A stretch of DNA of 63,605 bases, filler included, from Basidioascus undulatus (lineage: Eukaryota), in the NCBI GenBank assembly GCA_000826855.1. It is 4 parts of 4 records of this genome, joined end to end, with 100 filler letters (N's around TTAATTAATTAA, not from the genome) between each part and the next. Parts side by side here need not be neighbours in the genome. Positions count along the whole stretch, not along the records: positions 43,487 to 54,983 come from JTLS01001000.1; positions 55,084 to 63,605 come from JTLS01001043.1; 2 more parts are not named here. One strand, written 5' to 3'. Position numbers and translations under genes: made by a program. The notes beneath the pieces are model-generated. The model made no database searches, had not been told where the DNA came from, and saw only the letters and a program-made list of their open reading frames with translations. Positions 49,952-62,971 of the stretch are shown piece after piece; the stretch's first letter is position 1, and the number at the start of each line of letters is the position of its first letter.

Positions 49952-52900
49952 ATGCTCATCGACCGGCTGACGCTTGCAGCCTGGGCAGCGCTCATGCCCT
50001 TGCCTGTCGCTCACGCCTTCGCTGTCCCGCCATCCTTACTCCCCCGCCAAGAATCGAACACCTTTGACGAGTTTCCCCTGTACAAGGATCCCACTGCCTC
50101 CATCGAGGATCGTATCGCAGACCTCCTCCCGCGCATGACGCTCGAGGAAAAGGTCTCCCAGCTAATTCAGGGGGATGTCAAGAATTTCGTCAACCAGACG
50201 GACCCGACCGACACCACTCTTGCATACGTAAATCGCTATGTATAGACCGCTTTAGCAATTTGGTCATCGTTAAATGAAGTGTGGAACTCCAGAACGAGAG
50301 CGGCATCGTTTGGGAGCTGAGCCGCAAAGGTGGCAGCGTATGGTTCGGCAACCAAAGCCCGTTGGAGAAGATCGTTTACGCAATCAACATCACCCGTGAG
50401 TCCCATTCGAGCCGGGAGCAGGGAATTCTGCTGTGCTTTTTCTCGCTTGACTCCGGTATGGCAGAATGCTACCTACTCGAAGAAACCCGGCTCGGCATCC
50501 CTGCTTTGATCCAGACGGAAGGACTGCACGGCTTGTTACCGCACGGAACGGTGCGCTTTTTTCACCGGCTAAACTTTTCAGGCCAGACCTACATATCTTC
50601 TTTGGCTGAAAGATCTACCCTTCTCCGCTCGGAGTGGCGGCGTCCTTCAACCCGGAGCTGTGGAGGCGCGCAGCCAAGGCGATGGCAGACGAGGCAGAGG
50701 GGATCGGGTACGCAGAGCTTCTGGTGTTACAAGGATTGTGTGCCATCTGACAGATTGGATCTTGCAGCTACAATAACCTATTTGCCCCAGTCATCGATCG
50801 TGAGCTCTCGATACAGGAGGCATCACCGCATATCCAGAGCTGAACCCATCGGCTCGAAGCTGGTCGCGAACTGCGTTTCGGGCGCCTTGAACTAGGTTCA
50901 TGCCTTCAATCTAATACAACGGCTTACTTTAACTGTCTCTCAGGAATCATTTGGTGAAGATCCATACGTGAACGGTGTCTTTGGCAAGGCCTACGTCGAG
51001 GGTTTGCAGACTGGTCGCAGGAGAAACACGTCCGAGACCGCCATCGCACGGGTCGCAGCCATGTGCAAAGTATGTGCGGATTGCTTTCGTAAAAGTTAAA
51101 CCATCAGGATGAATTACTCGACCGTCCCCCAAGCACTTTGCAGCTTTCAGCGCGCCTCTCGGTGGCCTCAACATAGCTCCTGTGCAAGGTGGCGAACGCG
51201 AACTCCGGACACTCTGGGCTTCGGCCGTACGACATCGCCTGCCACGATGCTTTGTCCATCATGGTGACCGCCCCTAAATAGGAATGCAAGCTACCCCTAC
51301 TGACGGTGTTCCGGCCCTAGACGGCCTACAGCTCGTGAGGCCTTCAACGACACTGGCTTCATCAGTCACTGCTCACTCGCGAGGGCGTCGATTGAGAACA
51401 GGTACGACGGCATACCTGCGACAGCCGACAAACATCTCATGATCGACATTCTCCGTGAAGAGTGGGGCTGTAAGTCCTTTTTTAGTGGAAACAGCCATCA
51501 CTCCGCAGCTGAAAACACTGCGCAACTCCAGACCCATACTTCGTGATCAGCGATGCCGGCGTACAGTACCTCTTGTCTTTCAAAGCGCCCATTCTTCTAA
51601 CTGCGCATTTGCCTGTAACAGTCGGTGGAGCTCCTGCAGACGAAGCACGGTATCTGTGGAGACCCAGAGTGTTCAGCAAGGACGGCTCTCACACGCGGGC
51701 TGTCTGCTGAGATGGGTGGTGGTTCGCCGGGATAGTGAGTTATTTTTCCGGATTTATAAAGTTGAATGCCGCTATTCTGATTGTCCTCTCCTAGCACCTA
51801 CCTCACCCTTGTCGATCAAGTCAACAATGGGACGGTGGACGTCAGCTACATCGACAGGACCGTAGAGTACACACTGCGGTGCGTCCAGCAGAGCCATGAC
51901 CTTCCGAGAAACTAGACAATAAGCTCATTGTTGCTTTCCAGGACGAAATTTGCGCTTGGTTTGTTTGAGAGTAGGTCGTTTTAGCTATTGTACCCTCGCA
52001 AACCGACTTACGTGTCGGCCCCAGACCCGTACCCGTACGATGACTGGCGCGACACTTTCCGTACAGCCGAGACGAGCGCTATTGAGCGCGAGCTCGACAC
52101 GGAGCAGATAGTCCTACTCGATAATCGCAACAACACGCTGCCGCTTAGTCTCGAGAGCGGGTCGGTGGCGTTGATAGGAGCGCATGCTGCCAATGTTACG
52201 GTGAGTCGGCTGCCTTACTCTTCAATGCAAGGCGGCTGACCTTCCCGGATTGGGGAAATAGTACGGGGATTACACATTCCCCGGGCAGGAGCTCTTCGGA
52301 GGTGATCGTGACATATAGTTCCACCGAAATGCATGCCACTAACAAGAGACATTTTCAGTATCTCCGCTTGATGGTTTCCGCGCTGTCCTCAACGGCACGG
52401 GCGTGACTCTGAACTTTGCCAAGGGCTTCGAGCTGTGATCTAACGACGAGAGCGGGTTCGATGAGGCCATTTCAGCAGCCGAAGCAAGTGATGTTGCTGT
52501 TGTCTTAGTCGGGACATGGACGCGCAACCAGATTGAGCTGTGGTGCGTACTCTCTCGGAGCAAAACTTTGACTGATTCGTATGCTGAGTCTTGTAAGTGG
52601 TTCAGGCAGGGCCTCAATGCGACCACGGGAGAGTGAGCAAAGGCTTTCTGTTGGTTCTGTTCCTCCAATCAGCGTTAACGGATCAAACAGACACGTTGAT
52701 CACGCCGAGCTCGAGCTCGTTGGTGCTCAACTGCGGATGGTGCAAGCTATCAAGGCGACCGGCGTGCCCACAGTCGTCGTCTTCGTTTCGGGGAGGGTGA
52801 CCCGCTTCTGTTACCTACTCGGAGCTATCGAGTTACTTGCTGACATTTCACAAGTACACAGCCTGTCGTCGAGCCCTGGATCTACTATCACGCAGACGCG

Positions 52901-53856
52901 ATCGTGCAGCAGTTCTACGGTAAGCTGTTTCTCTGCCCTCTGTATAAATCGAATATCTCTCTGATCAAGATGTCCATCAGGTGGTGAGGCTCAAGGTCTT
53001 GCCCTGACGGACATCATTTTCGGTGTCCAGAACCCGAGCGGGAAGATGCCTGTGTCCGTTCCTCGCAGCGTGGCAAACTGTGAGTCTGCAGCGCTTCTCA
53101 CCGTACTGTAATCTGGGGCCTTAGCTGAAAGTTTGGCTGGGTGTAGTTCCGACGCAGTGGTACGACTACCTGAAAGGAGGTCGATTGATTGATCCGGGCC
53201 GGGAGTATGAGAATGGCACTCTGGTCTTCGGTCATTCCGTGCGTCCCTCAACCTTTCTAGTTCCGCACTGCGAGCTTTTCAGTCTAACGCTTGTAACCTG
53301 CCTTTAAGTACGTCCTTGACACGCCCTTACCATTCTGGTCCTTCGGCCACGGCCTGTCCTACACGACCTTCAACTACACCTCCCTCGAGCTGTCGACGCA
53401 AGAGCTGACGCAGGAAGGAACGCTCGAGGTCTCTGTCACGGTTACCAACACCGGGGACCAGGATGGCAAGGAGGTTGTGCAGGTATACTCTTGTGTCGTA
53501 GAAAGCATTGAGGACAGCGTGATTCTGGAGCTGACCATGCTGCGCAATCAGGTCTACATCACGGACGTCGTCGCCAGCGTCGTGACTGCGAACCAGTTCC
53601 TGGCCGGTTTCGAAAAGCTTGACATTCCGTCCGCCCTCTTTATCTGTTTCACCCTCGATCGCTACTTACTTGCGCATACTCATGTTCCACCGACGACAGG
53701 GCTGGCGAGTACCGTACCGCGAGCATTTCCATCCCGGCGTCGAGCCTCGCCGTATGGTCGTACGATAACAAGTGGGAAGTCGAGCCCGGCCTCTTTGAGC
53801 TCAAAGTCGGGAGCAGTGAGAAAGTTCTGCTGAACACGACGTTCTATGTCGTCTGA
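49952..53856 (+). pseudogene. Secreted GH3 beta-glucosidase/xylosidase, disrupted
   Basis: Signal peptide; RMTLEEKVSQL, EGLHG, FGEDPY, K|HFAA, VISDAG, NPSGKMPVS, FGHGLSYTTF, GKEVVQ|VY. Lesions: extra G at 51216-51218, TGA for Trp at 52436-52438 (GFEL*SND), and a probable lost donor (CTAGGT) at ~50892. Confidence 0.87.
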
Positions 53857-54429
53857 TACGGAGGAAAGGAATGTTGGGGCGATGAGGTGGCATGGAGCTT
53901 AAAACACTGTATGAATACTGAATGAACGTTGGCGGTGAATCACCAATCTTGCATTCTGCGTTGGAGCATACACTGGCGTGAGAGAAGTTTTATCGCATGG
54001 CAGTCTCAATAAATTCGAATCACAAGCAAGCAAGCCCGGCGAGCTACTAGCTAAGATGACAGGAGCGGGGGATGGGGGGACGAACGAAGAGTGGGGGAAA
54101 GGGTTGGAGGACCAGATCCAAGCGGCACAGCCGAATAAAAACATCCAAGCAGGAGTAGTTAGGTAGGAAGGGTGAGAAGAGTTCGTTACCGTACGTGCGG
54201 GCGGGCGTCAGTAGAGTAGTTACGTTGAGAGGGAGGACATGACGAAGAGCGTCTCTGGGGTCGTTAGCGTAGACAATACTAAGGGTGTGGGGAGAGTAGA
54301 ACGAAGACATAGATAGAGTGAAAAGTGACCCAAGCCCGGGCGGGAGAGAGGAGAGAGGAGAAAGTCCTAGAACGCCGATGAGACCGGAATAAAGGAGAAG
54401 AGCGTCCGCCGAGACCTAGCTCGGAGCGC

Positions 54430-54983
54430 TCAGTAGAACGGATCGCGCACTGCGCCATCCGCTGTGCGGACGAGAAGACGGCCTGCCTGAGCGTGTGCGT
54501 GTGCATGCGCGCGCGGGTCGACCACGGGCGCCGCCGGTGCGCTCGTGTGTCCGCCGCCGCCGAGGCGACGGTTGCCGAGGATGCGCGAGAAGAGCGTGGA
54601 TGCGCTTGACTTGAGGGGCGGTGCCGGGGCGAGAGCAGCCGCCGGCGGGGGGAGCGGGACGAGGATCGGGGCCGCGGCGCGCTGCTTCGGTGCGGGGGTG
54701 GGCGACTTCGGCGCAGGCTGGCTGCTGTACACCGCCCGACGCTGCTGCGCGTGCGCATGGTAGCCGTAGGGCGTGTAGCGCGCCGTCGGGAGCTCGGGGG
54801 AGGAGGCGCAGGTCGAGCTTGACGCCGTCGAGGCGATCGAGCATGCGCTCCGGGTCGAGCCGCACGAGTCGCGCCGGGAGAGCAGGGGGCGCGACGGGGG
54901 AGCGACGAGCGCTGTGCGGAGGGCGTGGTGCTTGTCGTCGGAGCGGGCTTGCTTTGCCGAAGACGAGGAGGGGAGAAGGGGGG
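54430..54983 (-). CDS. 3' fragment of a Pro/Ser/Ala-rich hypothetical protein
   Basis: GC3-rich frame ..SSPELPTARYTPYGY..STLFSRILGNRR..VRDPFY* running from near the contig edge. No recognisable domain. Confidence 0.4.
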
Positions 54984-55083
54984 NNNNNNNNNNNNNNNNN
55001 NNNNNNNNNNNNNNNNNNNNNNNNNNNTTAATTAATTAANNNNNNNNNNNNNNNNNNNNNNNNNNNNNNNNNNNNNNNNNNNN
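54984..55083. other. Artificial contig spacer
   Basis: N44-TTAATTAATTAA-N44. Confidence 0.98.
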
Positions 55084-56649
55084 TGATTCAGAGGGGAGCG
55101 GGGAGAAGGCGGGGCAGATGAGGCAGTGTTGGTCAGAGAAACCACTGCGCTCTCCTATAAACCTGTATTTAAATCCATGGAACTGTCCCAAATGGCTGAA
55201 CCCAAATAAAAATCTACGAACAGCACCTGCGAGCTGCACAGCCTTCCAGCGCGAAAAGTGGGTCCAGCTGAGCTGACTGCATCGGTGTAAGAGTCCCAGC
55301 ATTTAGTTTTCATTTTCACCTTTCTACACAAAGAGTAAGATACAGTAATGAATTTTTGAACCACTTGTAAACTCTTTGCAAACTTTTTGCAGTAGTGCAA
55401 GATTTCGTGTGCACAAGTGCCCCAGCAACCTAGGCTGGGCTCAGCAAACCGGATTCAACCTCCCACTTGTTCTTTCACGATTTCTGGTGCAACCACGAAC
55501 ATACCGGCCTCTAAGAATAAAAACCAAAGACCTCCATATTCGTGATGTCTAAAGTTGAGTGCACAGCCGATCCGTGCAAAGTGGCATGGACAAGAGAAGA
55601 CATTTTCAAGAGTTCTCATGATGTGCCCATGAAGGCTGGTGTGGCCGCTCTCGATGGCTTGTGAAAACATAGTACCTTTATACTTTGACACTCAGCTAGC
55701 CAGTGCCAGCACGAGAACTGGCAGAAGGAGATGAGATGCATACATCCAATGCGCCAATGCGCACACATCACAGTGACAACAACGGCGGTGGATTTGCTTG
55801 TCACCAAGGTCGTTGCATGTCTGATTGAAAAATTCCCAGCGAAAGCATACAAGCGCAGCTGTTTCTCAGACATATGCTCGCGATAAATGCCTGGTTAAAC
55901 TTCTCGTAACGAACACGGGCTCAAGGGCGCTCCGTCTGCACTGGATGATTGAGCGTCTGCAGCCTGATATGCCAGACCCTACCCTGAGGGATCTTGATTA
56001 CAATCCATTGACTCTTATACAAGCCCCGCCGGGCACCGTGTCCTCCTCATGGGTCGTGCATCCGCCCTCGCAGCCCAGAACATCAGGCAGTTCGGTTTGC
56101 CACACACAACGCCGTTCTCTCTCATCCCCAGGAAAAAGAACTGCTCCTCTCATGGCTTACGACATATCCGGAGGTTTGTTGAGCCTCTGAGCTTCCCGCC
56201 AACGCGCACAGCTGTGTGTCGCCTGATCGGACTATCAGCATAACCGCTCCTGCGTAAGTTTTCCCACCTAATCCTCAACGAAGTCGGATCTAGCGGCCCA
56301 ATATTACTAACGAGAGCCCGAACTGACTGCGAAGAGCACCCAAGACACAGACTGCCAGCGTACTTCGTTGCATCCCGCGCATAGCCGAGTCCCGGCACAC
56401 TACCCGCACCCGGCGTGTCGTGTGCATGTTTATGTTTCTGCAGCCTGGCGCCTGCCTTCTCTTACTCACCTTTGTTTCTAAAAAAGAGTCCGTTAAATAT
56501 CTCTCTACGCTGACAAGCGCCGGAGGGACCATGATCCATGATCCATCGCTGCGTGGCTTGCAACAGCGCAACAAGCCTCGCATTTTCTTTCACCCAAATC
56601 CGAACAACATCCCAGCCCCTGCCATCTTACCCCACCCTCATCTCCCCAA

Positions 56650-58017
56650 ATGCCGAACTTAGCATCTCTTCCGAGCGACGTACATCTTGAGATTGCCTCG
56701 CATGCGGACTTCGAGAATCTCATCGCGCTTTCGCGGGTGTGCCGCTCGCTGCGCAGCGCGCTCGCAGCGGTCTTGTTCGCCACGGTCCGGTTTGGCACGG
56801 ACTATGAGGGCGGGGGCCATGGGTGTAGCGCACTGAATATCCTGGTCTCGCCGACGACCAACAAGATTAGGAGGCTGCGAGAGGCGCTGAAGGGGGTGGG
56901 CGGGCATGTGAGGTGAGTTGATCCGCCCAGCCATCTCTAGCAGCCAGCACACAGCGCGACTGAACCGAAATGATACGCGATGAGGCACTTCCATTTCGAC
57001 ACGATCATCTGCACGCCCACCGAGTTCACGAGCACCGCGCCTGCGCTGCTCTCGCTCCTGCCCTCACTCGCAACGCTCGACCTGCGCACGTCCATCCCAC
57101 GCTTCGCCGAGCTCTCGCCGCACATCTCCACGCTCACATCCCTAACCGACCTGCGCCTAAGCCTCGACCGCTGGACAGATAACGACGATGCTTCCTCCTC
57201 CTCCTCGTCCCCCTCCGCAGAGCCCGACACGCTCCTCTTCGTGCGGACGCTCGCGCCGCTGCGCAGCCTCCGCACGCTCAGCATCATGCCTCAGCGGCTG
57301 GAGACGGTGCTCAATCCTGTCCTCCCCCTCGGGACGCACCCGGCCCTCGCGGCGGACTTCCTGCCCGAGCTGCAGACGCTGACGATCCACCGCGTGAGCG
57401 CGGCGGACGGGGTGCTCGGCTGCCCGAGGCTGGAGGACGTCAACCTCGTCGAGGACGGGGGCGGGCAGGTTGGCGTGCGTCCTGTGGCCATGCGAGGAGG
57501 GGAGCAGGAGGAGAGGCTGCGCGTCCTGCTCGGACGAATGGGGAAAGAACACGTCAGGCGCCTCACCATATCGACAGCGGACGTGTCGGAGACGTTCCTG
57601 GAGGTCCTGGTCGAAGCATTGCCTGCGCTCGAGTACCTCGACATCTACGCCGACTCAGACCGCGGCCTTCAGAGGGACTCCTTGCAGGAGCTACTGGTTA
57701 GTGACACTCTTGCCTCATACGGACAAGATGACAGCGTCCAATAACCAAATGACCCACAGGACGCCTTCGCCGGCCCGCTCAGCAGGCTCCACAGCCTCCG
57801 AGAGCTCCGCTTCAACTTTCCCCTTCCCAAAATCGGCTGCGAAGAGGACGAAGACAAGCCCTTCCCGCTCGAGACGGTAGCGGTGGGAATGGCGGAGCGG
57901 TTGGGGACGCTCGAGGTGCTGGGGTTGTATGAGGCGGACGAGTGGCAGCTCTGCATGTGGCGAGCGATGCGAGGCGCGAGAGGGGAGGTGTCCATGATGC
58001 CTGTGATCGAGACTTGA
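56650..58017 (+). CDS. F-box/LRR-like protein, 2 introns
   Basis: MPNLASLPSDVHLEIASHADFENLIALSRVCRSLR (F-box) and repeated LxxLxL units (LPSLATLDL, LTSLTDLRL, LPELQTLTI, LPALEYLDI). Introns ~56913-56984 and ~57697-57759. Confidence 0.72.
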
Positions 58018-58137
58018 TAGATGGATGTTCGATCGAATTGTGAGTGTGCGGAAGAATGTGAGCGATGGTCCGTAGAGATCATGCGCGGCAGACGACACGC
58101 GCCCCGTATACTGAGCAGCGAGTCCATGCGCCTCCAA

Positions 58138-58584
58138 TCACCAGCTCGCCTTCCGCACACCCGGCAGCTCATTCCGCAGCGCATGCAACCGGAACTGGAA
58201 CTGCAAGTCCGAGAACCCAGCGCCCATCAGCCGCCACCATCTCAATCCTAGGAAACCGAAAGAGCGACTCACCCGGCAAAGCCCCTTCAGCAACCCCCGG
58301 CCCTTGCCCGATGCAACACAGCGGTTCTTGACGGCGTGGGGACGCGTGTACTTGTCAAACGCGTTGAGTTGGAGCTGCGCCTGATGCCGCACTTGGGAGG
58401 GGAGGGTCGTGTTCCGGGAGACGAAGATGTAGGCGCGGCTGTGATTGGGGGAAGACTGGGTGAGCAGGGGAAGGGGGGCCGGGTTGGGAAGATCGCCGGA
58501 AGCTCACCGGAGGAGCTCGTTCTTGGCGACACCCTGGCGCATGGCCATGTCCCGAAGAACACGGGCGTTGGGGCGGGTAGGCAT
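58138..58584 (-). CDS. MRP2: Mitochondrial ribosomal protein uS14m, 2 introns
   Basis: MPTRPNARVLRDMAMRQGVAKNELLR|RAYIFVSRNTTLP..AQLQLNAF..VKNRCVASGKGRGLLKGLCR|FQFRLHALRNELPGVRKASW*. Confidence 0.92.
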
Positions 58585-58964
58585 ATCGGTGAAAGTGAGG
58601 GTGGGTGTGGGTGTGGGTGTGGGAGAAGGCAAGTGGGAAGGCGGCGCCCTGAGGCCTTTCGGCGAGGCATTTCGGCCTGAGCGAGTTCATGCGCCTGCTT
58701 CGCGAAGACCCCGGACCCTGCCCCGCGTTGCCCCTTCGTCGACCACACCCTCATCCTCGCCGTTCAGCACAATCTCTTGCCTGACGCCCCGCTGGGGGAG
58801 AGCAATGCGAACTACCGGCTGTCCCTAATACCCGCCCTGTACACTCCCTCTAATCCCCTCAAAAGCATCTCGAGAGTACGCGTCTCCCCCCCTGCCTGCT
58901 CCCGATCTTTACACTAACACCATTGCAACTTGGTCTGAAGCAGCTCAGCTCCACACCACCGGAC

Positions 58965-59207
58965 ATGCGTTCCTTCCTCAGCGACCTCCCCCGCCCGCGC
59001 TCCAGCTTCACCTCGACCCTCTTCCTCCTCACCTTCGCCGGCGCCGTCCTCACCGTCTCGACCTCGGCCCTGCCCTGCCCCGCAACGCACGACGGTAGGC
59101 GGCAGGCCGCGCTGGACGGTACCGAGGCGACTGGCGAGGCGCGCAAGGTGGAGGTCATGCGCAGGAGTAGACATACGTTCTTGGAGGAGGTCAAGCCGGG
59201 GCGATAG
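58965..59207 (+). CDS. COA2: Cytochrome c oxidase assembly factor Coa2-like small protein (80 aa)
   Basis: PRSSFTSTLFLLTFAGAVLTVSTSALPCPA: basic N-terminus, one hydrophobic segment and the LPCPA motif characteristic of fungal Coa2. Confidence 0.65.
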   Translation: MRSFLSDLPRPRSSFTSTLFLLTFAGAVLTVSTSALPCPATHDGRRQAALDGTEATGEARKVEVMRRSRHTFLEEVKPGR

Positions 59208-60003
59208 ACGGTTGAGGTGGGCGGGGTTTGATGGTTCTGGATCGGAGGAAGGGGGAGGATGGAGGTGGAGGGATCGGAGGTCCGTCGCATTTGCATCGCA
59301 TTACACCACGTTCGCATTGCTTTGGTTGAGGATGCTCGTCTGCGTTTGGAGGCAAGGCGCTTGGTGGAGGAGAGGGAGGTAACCACTGCACTGCACGCGT
59401 TGCCCTGCATCCCCGTCGACTGTACCCGAACACTTTAGGCTCTAACAGTTCCACGCATCCTTGATAACAGAACATTGACACAGGCTTTCTTGTTCATTGC
59501 TCCCATCAGCTCACTTTACCTCGAGCAAAGACACTGTCAGGTACTAACCCTGCGCCGATCATCGTTTTCAACCGCGTCGACGAATCCCCTCGACCTCTGC
59601 CGACCTGGGTCTCAGTGCACATATATCGCCTGGATACTCGGGACTTTGAATGTCATGGACGATAGTTAGATGAAGAGCACCCGCAGGCGACATCCGATGT
59701 AACCGCATCCGATGTGAACCGACTGCTTTCTCGACCTGCCTAGGGGGGATCGCAAATGAAGCTGGATTTCGTTTTTGCTGCAGTTACTTTTCAAATTCAA
59801 GAGGGTCTTGGATGATGATCTTTGTTTCTTGAGAGTGCGTGGAGCTACCTAGCAACCTACTTTCCTCGCATTTGAAAGGCGCTCGAGCAACACAATTGAA
59901 TCACGTGAAGCAGGTCTTACCACGAAATTTGGGCGACGGCTTCCCCTGCCTGTCTTCTCCCTTCAACGCTTTTCACCCCCACACCCTCATTCTACGCGCC
60001 ACG

Positions 60004-62971
60004 ATGGCCGGCCCTATGACCAGGTCCGCAAGGCGAAACGCCAAACCGCGCACTTCCAACGCTTCCATCTCTTCCGCCGCCGCGGCCCCCCCCCCTCCTC
60101 TCGCGCCCGCCAAGTCCGAGAAGCGGAAGCGCGACTCCGCGCCTGCGCCCCAGGCCGAGGCGCCGCTCGTGCAGGCCGAGGGCGGGATCGACATGGGCTC
60201 CGAGGGAGAGGAGGAGGAGGAGGAGGATGTCGACTTCGTTACTGGCGCGGAGCCGGCGGAGGAGGAGGACGACGACGACGAGGGGGCGTTCCCTGAGCTC
60301 GATCTCGAGGACGGCGGGGCGTCGGGCTCGGACGAGTCTGGGTCGGGCGACGAGGACGAAGATGAGGATGAAGATGAGGACGAGGACGACGCGTCGTCCA
60401 TAGCGTCCTTCTCCACCGTCGCGTCCTCCGTCTCGCAGCTCTCGGACCTCATCGCCAAGAACACGGTCAAGCCGGACGAGTCGGATCCGTCCATCCCGCG
60501 GCGGCAAAAGCTTGGCTTCGAGGCAACGGCGCGCATCGTGCGCAGCCAGGCGACGGGCGAAGACCGGGTGGTGTATGACGAGATTGATGCGGGGTACGGG
60601 AGCGAAAGCTCGACGGAGGACGTGAGCTCGTGTTTTCCTTTTCCTACAGCGTGCGGACGTTTGGATGAGTGGGATGCTGAATGGATGAGGGCGCAGGCTC
60701 CCAACACCATCGGGAACGTACCGCCAGAGTGGTACGACGATATGCCGCACATAGGTTACGACGTGAACGGCAAGAAGATTCTCCGTCCGGCGACGCGCGA
60801 CGAGCTCGAGCGGTTCCTCGAGAACACGGAAGGCGAAGCGTGCGTTGTTCCCCTCCTTCACTCATTCCGCGTCTATCGTGGCACCGGCTCACACTTGTTG
60901 CTTCCCACAGCAACACCGTCCCCTCCGAACTCATGCAGACGGACGTGCAGCTCACGCCCGAGGAGCTGCAGCTCATCCGCCGCCTCGAGAAGGCGCAGAT
61001 CCCCGACGCCGACTACGACCCGTACCAGCCCATGGACGAGTTCTTCACCGGCAAGGGCAAGGAGATGGTCATGCCCATCTCGGGTCGGGAGGAGCCGAAA
61101 CGTCGGTTCGTCAAGTCCAAGTGGGAGCACGAGAAGGTGCGTCTCTTTCGCCCCATCTCAACTTTCCACGAGACTTTCGCTTACGGGACGTGACGGCGAG
61201 CACAGGTCATGAGGATCGTTCGTGCGATCCGCGCCGGTCGGATCGTCCCCCACAAGCCGAAGGCGCCGCCGAAGCCGCAGTTCTACGCGCTCTGGTCTTC
61301 CTCAGACGTCGCGCCCGCGCCACACGCGATGGACGCGCCGGCGCCGCAGCAAGCGCCGCCGACGACGGCCGAGTCGTACAACCCCCCGGCGGAGTACCTC
61401 TTCAACGAGGAAGAGAAGCAGGAGTGGGAGGCGCAGGAGCCGGAGGACCGCAAGCTCGCGTTCGAGCCGCGCAAACACGGCGCGCTGCGCCTCGTGCCCG
61501 CGTACAAGGACTTCCTCAAGGAGCGCTTCGAGCGCTGCCTCGACCTGTACCTCGCCCCGCGCGTCCGCCGCACAAAGCTCAACATCGACCCCGAGAGCCT
61601 CGTCCCCAAGCTGCCCAGCCCGCGCGAGCTCCGCCCCTTCCCCGTCTCGAACTCCATCACCTACCACCACCCTGACAACGCCCGCGTGCGCGCGGTCTCC
61701 GTCGACCCGACCGGCACGTGGCTCGCCAGCGCATGCGAGGACGGCGTCGTCCGCGTCTGGGAGCTCGCTGTTGGCCGATGCGCGTACAGCTGGAAGCTCG
61801 GTGGCGGCAGCGTTGGCGCTGCGCACGCTGTCGAGTGGTGCCCGGACAAGGAGATCGCTCTTCTGGCTGCCACCACGTGAGTCTTGCTTTGATCTCGCCC
61901 TGGGATTCACTTCATTGCTGATCGTTCTGCCCCTCCTTAGCACCAACCACGTCCACGTCCTCTCTCCTCTCCCCATCCTCTCTCCCGCTGTTGCTTCCGC
62001 TTCCTCCAAGCGCGCCGGGGCTGCATTCGCCAACCCCGTCGCGGGCACGACCAAGATGGCCGAGGTCAAGTGGACGCGTCCGAACGAGTCGGAGCGCGAG
62101 CGCGGCATCCTTGTCGCAATCGAGCTGCCGGGCACGCCGAAGCAGGTCACCTGGCACCGCAAAGGCGACTACTTCGCGACTGTTGCTGGTGACGGTGCGT
62201 TTCTAGGCTGTCTATCTGGCACAGGGACGAACGCTGACGTTGCTTTTGCGCGCGCTCAGCTGGCAACAAGGCGATTCTCATCCACCAGCTGTCGCGGCAC
62301 CAGACGCAGAGCCCCTTCAAGCGGACGAAGGGCTCCGTGCAAAAGGTCGCCTTCCACCCGACCAAGCCCCACTTCTTCGTCGTGGTGCGTTCATTTCCCT
62401 TTACTAACCGCGGATCAGTTCCTGATTGACACGACATGGCCAGACGCAACGCTACATCCGGCTGTACGACCTCGTCGGCCAGACGCTGCTCAAGACGCTC
62501 ATGCCCGGTCTCAAATGGCTGTCGAGCGTCGACATCCACCCGGGCGGCGACAACCTCATCGTCGGAAGTTACGACAAAAAGCTGTGTTGGTTCGACCTCG
62601 ACCTCGGCGACAAGCCGTTCAAGACGATCCGGTGCGTTCCCCCCTCCTCCCTCCCTGCCATTCCAACTTATCCCCGCATCGACTTACGCCCTTCCGCCCC
62701 GCGCAGCTACCACTCGCGTGCCCTGCGCTCGGTCAAGTTCCACCCGACGCTCCCGCTCTTCGCGTCCTCGTCCGACGACGGCACCGTGCAGATCTTCCAC
62801 GGCACCGTCTACTCGGACTTCAGCTCCAACGCGCTCATCGTCCCGCTCAAGGTCCTGCGCGGGCACGGCATCCGCGACGGCCTCGGCGTGCTCGACGTCC
62901 GCTGGCACCCGCGCGAGCCGTGGATCATCACCGCCGGCGCGGACGGGACGACGCGCTTGTGGTGCGAGTGA
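60004..62971 (+). CDS. ERB1: Ribosome biogenesis WD40 protein Erb1/Bop1, spliced
   Basis: [104 protein letters not shown]. Confidence 0.97.

Noticed and set aside
31208..52438. Stop-codon reassignment or RNA editing as an explanation for the in-frame TAA/TGA codons
   Set aside because: The stops are of mixed type, co-occur with frameshifts in the same genes, and I found none in core genes, which use stop codons normally.
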